From an uncultured Gemmatimonadaceae bacterium (GTDB lineage: Bacteria > Gemmatimonadota > Gemmatimonadetes > Gemmatimonadales > Gemmatimonadaceae): a stretch of DNA of 64,000 nucleotides. Under the pieces are notes generated by a model. The model was not told where the DNA came from, did not search any database, and saw only the letters and a program-made list of their open reading frames with translations. The stretch spans positions 2,432,001 to 2,496,000 of the forward strand of contig CAVUDW010000003.1 of assembly GCA_963740355.1 (NCBI GenBank), given 5' to 3'. Made by a program: the position numbers and the translations under genes. Shown piece after piece: positions 20,140 through 29,316 of this stretch. The stretch's first letter is position 1; the number at the start of each line of letters is the position of its first letter.

Positions 20140-22578
20140 ATGCGCTGCCTTTCCCTCGCTCGTCGCGTCGCTCTCGTCTCACTGCTCGTCCCGGTCGTCG
20201 CCCGTGCGCAGGATGGGTATCGCCAACCGCCTGAACCGATCCGCAGCATCCTTGACGCCACGCCGACACCACGCGTCGCCGTCAGTCCGGACAACACGTT
20301 GCTCCTGTTGCTCGATCGCCCGTCGCTGCCCGGCATTGCGGAGGTCGCCGCACCGTACATCCCGATGGCCGGTCAGCGCTTGAATCCCAATACGAACTTC
20401 CCGTCGCGTGCCGTCACCAGCACCGGTCTCTCGATCCTGACGATCGCCACCGGCCAGACACGGGTCGTCACACTGCCCGCCGGCGTGAAGCTGGGCAACG
20501 TGCGCTGGTCGCCCGATGGCAAGCGCGCAGCATTCCCGATGATCACCGATGCCGGCGCGGGACTCGGTGTGCTGGATGTGGCGAGCGGTGTCGTGACGCG
20601 CGTGGGCTCGGTGCGCGTCAATGGCGCCTTCGGTGATCCGTGTCTCTGGATGCCCAGCAGCGACGCGCTGCTCTGCAAGACCATTCCCGCTTCGCGCGCG
20701 GCTGCGCCGACGGCCCCCGCCGTTCCCAGTGGTCCCGTCTCGCAGGAGTCGTTCGGTCGCAAGTCGCCCGAGCGCACCTATCAGGACCTGCTCAGCGATG
20801 GTTACGACGAAGCACGATTCACGTACTACGGCACCAGCCAGCTCGCGATCGTCGCACTCGACGGCACCGCTCGCACGATCGGCGCACCGGCCGTCTACTC
20901 GAGCGCAGCACCGTCGCCCGATGGACGATTCGTGCTCTCGTCAGCGATGCACACGCCATACAGCTACGTCGTGCCGATGAGTCGCTTCCCGCTGGTGACG
21001 GATGTCTGGAGTGCTGACGGCAACAAGCTGCGCACGATCTACGATCGCGATCTGGCCGCCGAGCAGTCCACCGCCTTCGATGCCGTGGACGATGGTCCGC
21101 GCAACATTGCGTGGCGTGCCGATGCTCCCGCGACGCTGGCCTGGGTCGAGGCGCTCGATGGTGGCGATCCAGCACGCGCGGCGACGAATCGTGATCGCGT
21201 CGTCTCGCTCGACGCACCGTTCACTGCTCAGCCGGTGCAGCATGTCGCCGTCGCCACCCGCGTGCGTGGCGTCACGTGGATGAAGAACGACGTGGCGATG
21301 GTCACCGAATACTGGTGGAAGTCGCGCCAGACGAAGACCTGGCTGATCAATCCGTCGTCGCCGTCCGCCGCACCACGCTTGCTCTTCGATCGCTCGGCCG
21401 AGGACGCCTACAGCGATCCCGGTTCGCCGGTGATGACCATGACGCCGCAGGGCACGATGGTCGCCAGGCTGTCAGCCGATCGCACCGCCTTCTTCCTCAC
21501 CGGTGACGGCGAAAGCCCCACCGGAGCGCAGCCCTTCGTCGATCGTGTGGACATCGCCACCGCCAAGGCCACACGTCTCTGGCGCTCGGCAGGTGAACAG
21601 TACGAGGAGCCGATCGCGTTGCTCGATGATCGTGGATCCCGCCTGCTCACACGTCGTCAGACGACCACCGAACCGCCCAACTACTGGGTGCGCGATCTGG
21701 TGCGTCGCATCGCACCGCGTCAGCTGACGAAGTTTGCCGATCCGGCGCCGCAGTTCGCGGGCATCACGTCGAAGCTGATCACCTACTCGCGTCCCGACGG
21801 TGTGCAGCTCTCCGCCACCCTGTATCTGCCGGCCGGCTACAATGCCGAACGTGATGGCCGGTTGCCGTTCTTCTTCTGGGCCTATCCGCAGGAGTTCAAG
21901 AGTGCGAAGGCCGCTGCACAGGTGCGCGGGTCGCAGTACCTGTTCGTTCGCCCCACAGGCGCCAGCCACCTTTTCATGCTGACGCAGGGCTACGGCGTGC
22001 TCGATGGTCCCACGATGCCGATCGTCGGTGAAGGCAACAAGGAGCCGAACGACACCTACGTCGAGCAGTTGGTCGCGAGCGCCAAGGCTGCCGTGGACAA
22101 GGTGGTGGACCTGGGCGTGGCTGACCGTGACCGTATCGGTGTCGGTGGCCACAGCTACGGCGCCTTCATGACGGCAAACCTGCTCGCGCACAGCAACATC
22201 TTCCGCGCCGGGATCGCCCGCAGCGGCGCCTACAACCGCACGCTGACGCCCTTCGGCTTCCAGCAGGAAGAGCGTCCGTACTGGGAGGCGAGCGGCATCT
22301 ACAATCGCATGAGCCCCTTCACGTATGCGGACAGCATCAAGGCCCCGATCCTGCTGATCCACGGCATGAACGACGACAACAGCGGCACCTTCCCGATCCA
22401 GTCCGAGCGCATGTACGCCGCCCTCAAGGGCAACGGCGCCATCGTCCGCTACGTCCAGCTCCCCGGCGAGGCCCACGGCTACCTCGGTCGCGAAAGTGTC
22501 GGTCACACCCTCGCCGAGATGACGTCCTGGCTCGACCAGTTCGTCAAGCCTGCCAAGCCGAGAACCAAGGCGGACTGA
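20140..22578 (+). CDS. Exported S9 family peptidase (glutamyl endopeptidase-like)
   Basis: Signal peptide; GGHSYGAFMT nucleophile; ARSGAYNRTLTPFGFQ; IHGMNDDN; EAHGY. Confidence 0.93.
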   Translation: MRCLSLARRVALVSLLVPVVARAQDGYRQPPEPIRSILDATPTPRVAVSPDNTLLLLLDRPSLPGIAEVAAPYIPMAGQRLNPNTNFPSRAVTSTGLSILTIATGQTRVVTLPAGVKLGNVRWSPDGKRAAFPMITDAGAGLGVLDVASGVVTRVGSVRVNGAFGDPCLWMPSSDALLCKTIPASRAAAPTAPAVPSGPVSQESFGRKSPERTYQDLLSDGYDEARFTYYGTSQLAIVALDGTARTIGAPAVYSSAAPSPDGRFVLSSAMHTPYSYVVPMSRFPLVTDVWSADGNKLRTIYDRDLAAEQSTAFDAVDDGPRNIAWRADAPATLAWVEALDGGDPARAATNRDRVVSLDAPFTAQPVQHVAVATRVRGVTWMKNDVAMVTEYWWKSRQTKTWLINPSSPSAAPRLLFDRSAEDAYSDPGSPVMTMTPQGTMVARLSADRTAFFLTGDGESPTGAQPFVDRVDIATAKATRLWRSAGEQYEEPIALLDDRGSRLLTRRQTTTEPPNYWVRDLVRRIAPRQLTKFADPAPQFAGITSKLITYSRPDGVQLSATLYLPAGYNAERDGRLPFFFWAYPQEFKSAKAAAQVRGSQYLFVRPTGASHLFMLTQGYGVLDGPTMPIVGEGNKEPNDTYVEQLVASAKAAVDKVVDLGVADRDRIGVGGHSYGAFMTANLLAHSNIFRAGIARSGAYNRTLTPFGFQQEERPYWEASGIYNRMSPFTYADSIKAPILLIHGMNDDNSGTFPIQSERMYAALKGNGAIVRYVQLPGEAHGYLGRESVGHTLAEMTSWLDQFVKPAKPRTKAD

Positions 22579-22599
22579 CCGCGCTCTCGAATCGCGGAG

Positions 22600-23122
22600 C
22601 TGCCGAACTGCCTTAACGCAAAACAGAAAACAGCGAAACGGCGAGAGCCGCAGGGAACGACAACCGCCGCGAAACGGCCACCGCAAAACGCAGAGACGCA
22701 GAGGGACGCGGGGAGCACCGAGGGGATCTGCGCGGGACGTTACCTTCGGTGAGCATCGACCGATCGTGAAGGCTTTGGGAACAGCAACTGCGAGAGCAGT
22801 TCCCAAAGTTCACCTTCGGTGAAATGCGCACCGACCGTCGCTCCCCGCGCAGATCCCCTCTGCGTCTCTGCGTTTTGCTGTGGCCGTCGCGGTGGCCGTT
22901 GCCGTTCTGCGGCAGTTCACTTCTGCGGCTGTGCAGTTCTGCGTTATGCTCGTGCCGTTCGCTCGTGCCGTTCGCTCGTGCCGTTCGCTCGTGCCGTTCG
23001 CTCGTGCCGTTCGCTCGTGCCGTTCGCTCGTGCTGTTCCTCCAAGCCGTTGCCGTTTTGCGGCCGTTGTAGTCCCCCGCGGCCTTTTGCAGTTCCGCAGT
23101 TTTCTGTTTTGCGATTGAGCAG
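22600..23122. repeat. Family C long imperfect inverted repeat with internal 13-bp tandem array
   Basis: cgcaaaacgcagagacgcagaggg versus ccctctgcgtctctgcgttttgc arms; (GCTCGTGCCGTTC)x7 at 22948-23038, last copy with one mismatch. Confidence 0.85.
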
Positions 23123-23194
23123 TTTGTTGTCAGTAAGTGTGCAGTGTGCGCTTCACAGCACTGACCAGAAAAAGCACGTCAACGGAAGGAACAG

Positions 23195-25270
23195 ATGCGC
23201 CGACTCCTCCTCGCCATCGCTTGCCTCGCGCCACTCGTTGCTGGTGCGCAACCGTCCATCCGTGAGATCGATGGGGCGCCGTTTGCCGCCACGGTCGTCT
23301 CGGCGCCCGCCGCCAATGCCGTGGCGTTCGTGCTCAATGCGCGGGGCGTCCGGAATATCTGGGTCACCGATTCCACACGCGCTGACGCGCGGATGGTGAC
23401 GGCCTTCACGCAGGACGACGGACAGGACATCACCTCGCTCGCATTCAGCAGCGATGGACGCACCCTCTACTTCGTGCGCGGCGGTGGGCCGAACCGCGCT
23501 GGCGAGATCCCCAACCCGAACAGCGATCCCGCTGGCGCGGAGCAGGCCATCTGGCGCGTGAAGCTCGATGGGACCGCGGCGGTGCGTGTCACTGAAGGTT
23601 CGTCGCCAACGCCAGCGCCGCGCGGCGACAACTTCGTCTTCACACGACGTGGTGCGATCTGGATCGCGACCGTCGGCAGCGATTCCACGCGGGTGGCACA
23701 GCTGTTCAAGATGCGCGGGAGTGGCGGCTCGCTGCGCTGGTCGCCCAGCGGCGAACAACTCGCGTTCGTCTCCAATCGCGGCACACACAGCTTCGTCGGC
23801 ATCTACACACTGGCGAAGAAATCTCTCAACTGGATCGCACCCAGCACCGACAGCGACAACTCCCCCGTCTGGTCACCCGACGGATCGCGGATCGCGTTCC
23901 TGCGCATGCCGTACGAAGGCCAGGAACTTGGTTTCCGCGCCACCCGCTCGGCGCCGCCGTGGAGCATCATGGTGGCCGATGTCGCCACCGGCAGCACGCG
24001 CGAGATCTTCAAGGCCAGCACTGGTCGCGGCAGCGCCTATTGGGCCATCGTGGCGGACAATCAGCTGCTCTGGTGCACGGGCGACCGCATAGTCTTTGCC
24101 TGGGAGAAGACCGGCTGGGTCCATCTCTGGAGCATCGCATCCAGTGGCGGAACACCTGTCGAACTGACGCCAGGCAATGGCGAGGTCGAGTTCGTGTCAC
24201 GCAGTCAGGATGGCGCACGCCTCGTCTACAACACCAACATCGGTGACATCGATCGTCGTCATGTCATGACGGTGGCCGCCGACGGCAAGTCCGCGCCTGT
24301 CGCCACCGTGAGCGGCGCGCACATCGCCTGGAATCCCGTCGAGTCGAGCAAGGGTTCGATCGTCGCCCTCGTCAGCGATGCACGTTTGCCGGCGCACGCC
24401 GCCGTGATGGATGTCGTTGATGGCACGAACGGTTGGCGCGCGCTGGCGCCGGAAACCATGCCCGCCGATTTCCCTGCCGCTGCACTCGTCACGCCAACGC
24501 CGATCAGTTTCACGGCGCTGGATGGTGTCACGTCGTATGGGCAGCTCTTCCTGCCCCCCAACGCGAAGCCCGGCGAGAAGCATCCCGCCGTGATCTTCAT
24601 GCATGGTGGTTCACGCCGCCAGATGTTGCTCGGCTGGAACTACGGCAGCTATTACCACCACGCCTATGCCATGAATCAGGCGCTGGCGCTGCGCGGCTAC
24701 GTCGTCGTTTCGCTCAACTATCGCAGCGGCATCGGCTACGGCATGGAGTTCCGCGAGGCGCTGCGACAGGGTGCCACCGGCGGAAGCGAGTACGGTGATG
24801 TCGTGGCCGCCGCGAAGTGGCTCGGTGCGCGAACTGATGTCGATCGCACACGTGTCGGTCTCTGGGGCGGATCGTACGGCGGCTACCTCACCGCGATGGG
24901 CCTGACGCGGAATCCGGAGCTCTTCAAGGCCGGTGTCGACGTGCATGGCGTGCACGACTGGAATGTCGGCATTCGCACCTTCGTCCCCGACTACGACGTC
25001 TACGCCGATCCCGCCGCCACCAGGCTCGCGTTCACGTCCTCGCCGTTGTCGCAGGTGAAGAACTGGCGCGCCCCGGTGCTCCTCATTCACGGCGACGATG
25101 ATCGCAATGTGCGTTTCATCGAGACGCTGACCCTGATCCAGCACCTGCGTCAGCAGGGCGTGCCGGTGGAGCAGCTCGTCTTCCCCGACGAGATCCACGG
25201 CTTCCTGCGCCACGATTCCTGGATGCGCGCCTACGAGGCGGCGCTCGACTTCTTCAAGCGGAAGATGTAG
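23195..25270 (+). CDS. Exported S9 family peptidase (dipeptidyl/acylaminoacyl peptidase-like)
   Basis: Signal peptide; PD40-like repeats (WSPDG); GLWGGSYGG; IHGDDDRNV; DEIHGF. Confidence 0.93.
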   Translation: MRRLLLAIACLAPLVAGAQPSIREIDGAPFAATVVSAPAANAVAFVLNARGVRNIWVTDSTRADARMVTAFTQDDGQDITSLAFSSDGRTLYFVRGGGPNRAGEIPNPNSDPAGAEQAIWRVKLDGTAAVRVTEGSSPTPAPRGDNFVFTRRGAIWIATVGSDSTRVAQLFKMRGSGGSLRWSPSGEQLAFVSNRGTHSFVGIYTLAKKSLNWIAPSTDSDNSPVWSPDGSRIAFLRMPYEGQELGFRATRSAPPWSIMVADVATGSTREIFKASTGRGSAYWAIVADNQLLWCTGDRIVFAWEKTGWVHLWSIASSGGTPVELTPGNGEVEFVSRSQDGARLVYNTNIGDIDRRHVMTVAADGKSAPVATVSGAHIAWNPVESSKGSIVALVSDARLPAHAAVMDVVDGTNGWRALAPETMPADFPAAALVTPTPISFTALDGVTSYGQLFLPPNAKPGEKHPAVIFMHGGSRRQMLLGWNYGSYYHHAYAMNQALALRGYVVVSLNYRSGIGYGMEFREALRQGATGGSEYGDVVAAAKWLGARTDVDRTRVGLWGGSYGGYLTAMGLTRNPELFKAGVDVHGVHDWNVGIRTFVPDYDVYADPAATRLAFTSSPLSQVKNWRAPVLLIHGDDDRNVRFIETLTLIQHLRQQGVPVEQLVFPDEIHGFLRHDSWMRAYEAALDFFKRKM

Positions 25271-25543
25271 CCGATCAAGGGGTCAGAGATCTTGCTCGCG
25301 CAATACGTGGCATAACTCTCGCGGGAACAATGACTTACGCTCCGATCAAGGGGTCAGAGATCTTGCTCGCGCAATACGTGGCGTAACTCGCTCGGGAGCA
25401 TTGACTTACGCTCCGATCAAGGGGTCAGAGATCTTGGTCTTGTTTTATAGATCAAGGGGTCAGAGATCTTGATCGCGCAATACGTGGCGTAACTCTCGCA
25501 GGAACAATGACTTACGCTCCGATCAAGGGGTCAGAGATCTTGG
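25271..25543 (+). repeat. Family D array: 5 copies of (CC)GATCAAGGGGTCAGAGATCTTG, 71-bp period
   Basis: Copies at 25271, 25342, 25413, 25450 and 25519; the long spacers are near-identical. Confidence 0.9.
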
Positions 25544-25678
25544 TGTTGTTTTCGCGCAGGGTCCTCCGAGTGCGCGCCGCATGTTGTGTCGGATTGCGCC
25601 GCGCCGTGGTTGCGGCGTGTGTGCAAACCGCGTTGCCTCACGAGGTGATAGGACATTCTGCACCGAGGCTGTTCGAAG

Positions 25679-26170
25679 ATGCGAACTGATGCTCGGACGT
25701 GTGATGGTTGCAGCGCCGCCGGCGCGCAGCTGTCGCGTCGTGATTTCGTGTCGCACGCCACACTCGCTGCGGTAGCCGTGGCACTGAATGGCTGTGGAGG
25801 TGGTGGCACCGGCGGCGGACCATCGGCGCCTGTGTTCGTGCCAAAGGCGCCAAGCCTGTCGACTCCGCTCATCATCACGCTCGCGAACTTCCCTGCGCTC
25901 GCGACTGTGGGCGGGGCCGCGAAAGTCAGCAGCCAGCCGCCGATCGCGCTCGCTCGAACCGCCTCGGGGCTCGTCGGCTTCTCGCTCGAGTGCACCCACG
26001 CCGGCACGATGGTCGACCTGCTCTCGAATTTCACACTGCGCTGCCCAAATCACGGTGCCGAGTTCGCGTTCGACGGCGCCTGGGTTGGCGGGGCCCAGCA
26101 GACCTCGAGCCTGTTCCGGGTGACCGTGACGCCGGATGCCAGCGGCGCGACGGTCGCGATCACGAACTGA
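25679..26170 (+). CDS. Rieske 2Fe-2S domain Tat lipoprotein
   Basis: SRRDFV Tat motif; LNGC lipobox; CTHAG and CPNHG cluster ligands. Confidence 0.88.
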   Translation: MRTDARTCDGCSAAGAQLSRRDFVSHATLAAVAVALNGCGGGGTGGGPSAPVFVPKAPSLSTPLIITLANFPALATVGGAAKVSSQPPIALARTASGLVGFSLECTHAGTMVDLLSNFTLRCPNHGAEFAFDGAWVGGAQQTSSLFRVTVTPDASGATVAITN

Positions 26171-26190
26171 AGGCGACCGTCTGCCGCGCG

Positions 26191-26353
26191 ACCAAGATCT
26201 CTGACCCCTTGATCGGTGGCTAAACCGTTGCCACTGAAGCACTTCAGCCTCGAAACAGCCGACCAAGATCTCCGACCCCTTGATCGGCGGCTAAACCGTT
26301 GCCACTGAAGCACTTCAGCCCCGAAACACCCGATCAAGATCTCTGACCCCTTG
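26191..26353 (-). repeat. Family D array, inverted: 3 copies, 71-bp period
   Basis: caagatctctgaccccttgatcgg at ~26192, 26263 and 26334. Confidence 0.9.
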
Positions 26354-26437
26354 GTGCCCTTGGTGCGCTGACCCGATTGTCCTGAATCGCAACGCGTTGA
26401 CCACCCGCTCCACCGATCGTCCTCCCTACACTGCCCC

Positions 26438-26466
26438 TTGACAGCCCAGCACGCCGCAGCCAAAAT
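26438..26466 (+). promoter_or_regulatory. Sigma70 promoter of leader peptide/chorismate mutase
   Basis: TTGACA(26438)-17bp-CAAAAT(26461), 7 nt before ATG 26474. Confidence 0.65.
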
Positions 26467-26473
26467 GCCTGAC

Positions 26474-26557
26474 ATGAGTCACTCGGTCCGCGCCCTCTTT
26501 ACCAGCTTTTATTACTTTGGCCGCTTCGCGGACCAAGGTGGTAAAGCGCGCGCGTAA
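26474..26557 (+). CDS. Phe/Tyr-rich attenuator leader peptide (27 aa)
   Basis: MSHSVRALFTSFYYFGRFADQGGKARA*; 4 Phe + 2 Tyr in 10 codons; followed by a terminator and chorismate mutase. Confidence 0.8.
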   Translation: MSHSVRALFTSFYYFGRFADQGGKARA

Positions 26558-26578
26558 CACCGCACCGACTTTCCTCCG

Positions 26579-26610
26579 AGGCCCGCAGCGATGCGGGCCT
26601 TTCGCTTTTT
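26579..26610 (+). terminator. Attenuator terminator
   Basis: aggcccgca-gcga-tgcgggcct followed by ttcgcttttt. Confidence 0.8.
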
Positions 26611-26672
26611 AGCGAGGTCCGGACGCTGCGGACTCCTCTCCACCACGCCGATCCGGCACAGGAGCCCCGCCC

Positions 26673-27020
26673 ATGCACACCTCGCACTCGACCATCGATC
26701 GCACCCCCGAACAACAGCGCGCCGCCGAGCGTGTCGATTCGCTCCGCGCCTCCATCGATCGCATCGACGAGATGCTCGTGTCGCTGATCGGTGAACGCCA
26801 GCGCCTCGCCCGTGCCGTCGGTGTCGCCAAGCGCTCGGCCGCGCTGCCGCCTGTCGATGCCACCCGTGAGCACGATGTCATCCAGCGCATCGTCGATCAT
26901 GCCAGCGACCACGGCGTGAACGAAAACGAAGCCCGCGTCCTCGCTGACCAGCTGATCCGACTGGCCCGCACCACACAGGGTTTGCCGACGGTCAGCCGCC
27001 GCGATGTCGCTGCAGCATGA
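26673..27020 (+). CDS. Monofunctional chorismate mutase (AroQ/type II)
   Basis: LRASIDRIDEMLVSLIGERQRLARAVGVAK...PVDATREHDVI; GGAG SD; hairpin at 27018-27051 after the stop. Confidence 0.88.
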   Translation: MHTSHSTIDRTPEQQRAAERVDSLRASIDRIDEMLVSLIGERQRLARAVGVAKRSAALPPVDATREHDVIQRIVDHASDHGVNENEARVLADQLIRLARTTQGLPTVSRRDVAAA

Positions 27021-27203
27021 AGGGCGCCGGTCTCCGTGACCGGCGCCCTTCGATGTGTAGTGCTGCGTCACCGCGTGTGATCGCCTGACGTTGCCGTCAC
27101 ACATGACCTTCGTGCAAGATCGTCGCGCGAACTCGTCGTGCGTGATCAGCAGGCGTGGGTGTCGTCGTTCAGGGCGCGTGAACCTGCGCCCACCCGCGGT
27201 CGA

Positions 27204-28172
27204 TCAGAACTGATTCAGGCAGCCCTTCTGTCCACTCGTGTTCGCGTACCCGGTGCCGGCCGTGTAAGCACGGTTCGACCAGTTCCCCTGCACCTTCCAC
27301 TTGCTGCCGTTGTTGAAGGTCTGCAATGACGTGGTGTTGAACACCCAGGCGCACTTGTCGGAGTTCTCGTAGCCCTGTGCATCGTACCACGCGCCAGGGG
27401 AGGCGGGATCGGTGACGGCCTCGGAGAGTTCATGCGCCGAGACGTTGGCGATGGCGGCCAGTCCCTGTGAGTGCTGGCCTGATGCGTCGGCCGGATCACA
27501 ACCCGAATCGCCGTCGAGCTTCCAGAAGAACGCGAACTGCAGTGCCTTGCCACCGCAGCTCCCCGCCGAATGCCAGGCGCAATATCCCGCATTGCCACGC
27601 GGTACATCCGTGTACACTGCGATGTAGTCGTTGCCAGCCGGATCCACCGTGATTCCGTTCGCGGCCACGACCTTGCACACCTCATTCAGGATCGTCGTCG
27701 TGTTGCCACCGCCTGACGCGGTCGTGGCGTCGATGATGTGCCCCGCATACGTCGACGTCGCGCCGACGGTACCATTCGTGCCCGTGTACTCGATGTTCGT
27801 GCGCGCGATCGGCGTACCGCCCCATCCTGCATAGAACGTGTCCATGCCGGTGATCTTGTCGCCTGAATACGTCGCCCACGACGTCCCCCAGAACACCGTC
27901 CGCGTGATCGACGTCGGCATGATCTTGCCGCCATGGTACGTCATGTTCGGCGAACGACGTGCCGCCGCTCCACCACCCCCCGCCGCATTCGACTGATCCC
28001 ACCCACGAATGTGATGGACCTTCGCATTCCACGGCCCGTTCAATTCCGAGTTCCCACCCACGGCCATCGAGAGCTGCGAATCCTTGTTCGCAACTTCGGT
28101 CGGGGTGGCGTCAGGCGACGCGCAGGCGGCCAGCAAGCCAAGCGACACAACCGCGGTAAAACCCTTCTTCAT
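27204..28172 (-). CDS. Cys-rich lipoprotein resembling Phi-1/EXORDIUM-like proteins
   Basis: Lipobox LAAC; MTYHGGKIM, YCAWHS, AHELSEAVTDP, WYDAQGYENSDKCAW. Confidence 0.7.
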   Translation of the reverse strand: MKKGFTAVVSLGLLAACASPDATPTEVANKDSQLSMAVGGNSELNGPWNAKVHHIRGWDQSNAAGGGGAAARRSPNMTYHGGKIMPTSITRTVFWGTSWATYSGDKITGMDTFYAGWGGTPIARTNIEYTGTNGTVGATSTYAGHIIDATTASGGGNTTTILNEVCKVVAANGITVDPAGNDYIAVYTDVPRGNAGYCAWHSAGSCGGKALQFAFFWKLDGDSGCDPADASGQHSQGLAAIANVSAHELSEAVTDPASPGAWYDAQGYENSDKCAWVFNTTSLQTFNNGSKWKVQGNWSNRAYTAGTGYANTSGQKGCLNQF

Positions 28173-28231
28173 GCGACACGCTCCGTTCGAGGGGGGGGAG
28201 TCCTGCGTACAGTGGCCGAGTCTGGGGGGTG

Positions 28232-29059
28232 CTATCGAGCAGGTGCTGGTGCAAGTGCAGGAACACGAACTGCAGCGGGCGACATGTTCGCGCTCGCAAG
28301 ACCGGCCAGATGCCGGTCGATGATGCGCCGAAAGGCCTCGACCGGATGTGAGCCCTCCAGCGACACGCCATTGATCAGAAAGCCGGGTGTGCCGGCGAAC
28401 CCGAAGCGATGCCCTTCAGCGAGATCAGCATCCACGCGTGCGCGAATCGCCGGCGATTGCGCATCCACCTTCGCGCGCGCCAAGTCCGCACCTACCGACC
28501 TCACCGCCTGATCGAGATAGACCTCGCCCATCGCTTCCAACTTCTTCTGGTTGTTGAACAACTCGTCGTAGAGCTTGAACGCCTTCGCCGGATCCTGCTG
28601 CGCGACTGCTTCATACGTGAGCGCGGCAATCATGGCATGCGGATGGATCTCGAGCGGCGTCTGCTTCACCACCAGCCGCACCTGATCGCCATACTGCTTC
28701 ATGACGTCCACCAGGACATCGCGCTCTCGGCGGCAGTACGGACACTCGAAATCCGAGTACTCCACGATGGTGACCGGCGCATCCGCGTTCCCAAAGGCGA
28801 TGCGATGATCCAGGGCCGGCACCTTTGGCGTCCGGAACTCCTCCTCCATCTTCGCCTGCGCATCACGCACTGCGTTCTTCTGCAATTCACCCTGCGCCAC
28901 CTGCGCCGCCTTGTTCAGCGCCGCGATGAATTCCGCAGGGTGCCGCTCGATCACGCGATACAGAATTTCAGGATGCTGCTGCAGCTGTAACTCGATGTCA
29001 CGTGCGGACGGCTCGGCACGGCAGCCAAGCATCAGCAGCAACGCGGACAATCGAATCAC
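28232..29059 (-). CDS. DsbA/BdbD-like thioredoxin-fold protein
   Basis: GNADAPVTIVEYSDFECPYC; GTPGFLING; probable GTG start with lipobox-like MLGC (start uncertain). Confidence 0.88.
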   Translation of the reverse strand: MIRLSALLLMLGCRAEPSARDIELQLQQHPEILYRVIERHPAEFIAALNKAAQVAQGELQKNAVRDAQAKMEEEFRTPKVPALDHRIAFGNADAPVTIVEYSDFECPYCRRERDVLVDVMKQYGDQVRLVVKQTPLEIHPHAMIAALTYEAVAQQDPAKAFKLYDELFNNQKKLEAMGEVYLDQAVRSVGADLARAKVDAQSPAIRARVDADLAEGHRFGFAGTPGFLINGVSLEGSHPVEAFRRIIDRHLAGLASANMSPAAVRVPALAPAPAR

Positions 29060-29316
29060 GTCTGACAGTCGGTCCGGAATTGGGCGAGTCACAATCCCAA
29101 CGTTCACCACTTGCCAACGAACCGCAATGCTATGATATGTCAGTTGTTCTTGGGTTCGCGTTCTCGTTTCAGTAGGTTCGCTGGTGACGCTGTGGCTCCG
29201 CCATGCATCCGGAGCACAGCCACAACATTCGCGCGCCAATGCTGGCCGCGAATCAGCACCGCAGTGCGTAGACAATCGCCATCGCCGATCACGAATCGCT
29301 CTCCCAGCCACCACGC

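Noticed and set aside
22613..23118. ORFs with repetitive peptides in repeat regions (also 1555-2000, 39106-40189, 60925-61709)
   Set aside because: Translations of non-coding repeats; units such as 13 and 112 bp are not multiples of 3
25271..25543. CRISPR array
   Set aside because: Spacers within the array are near-identical, copies occur in both orientations at dispersed loci, and no cas genes are present
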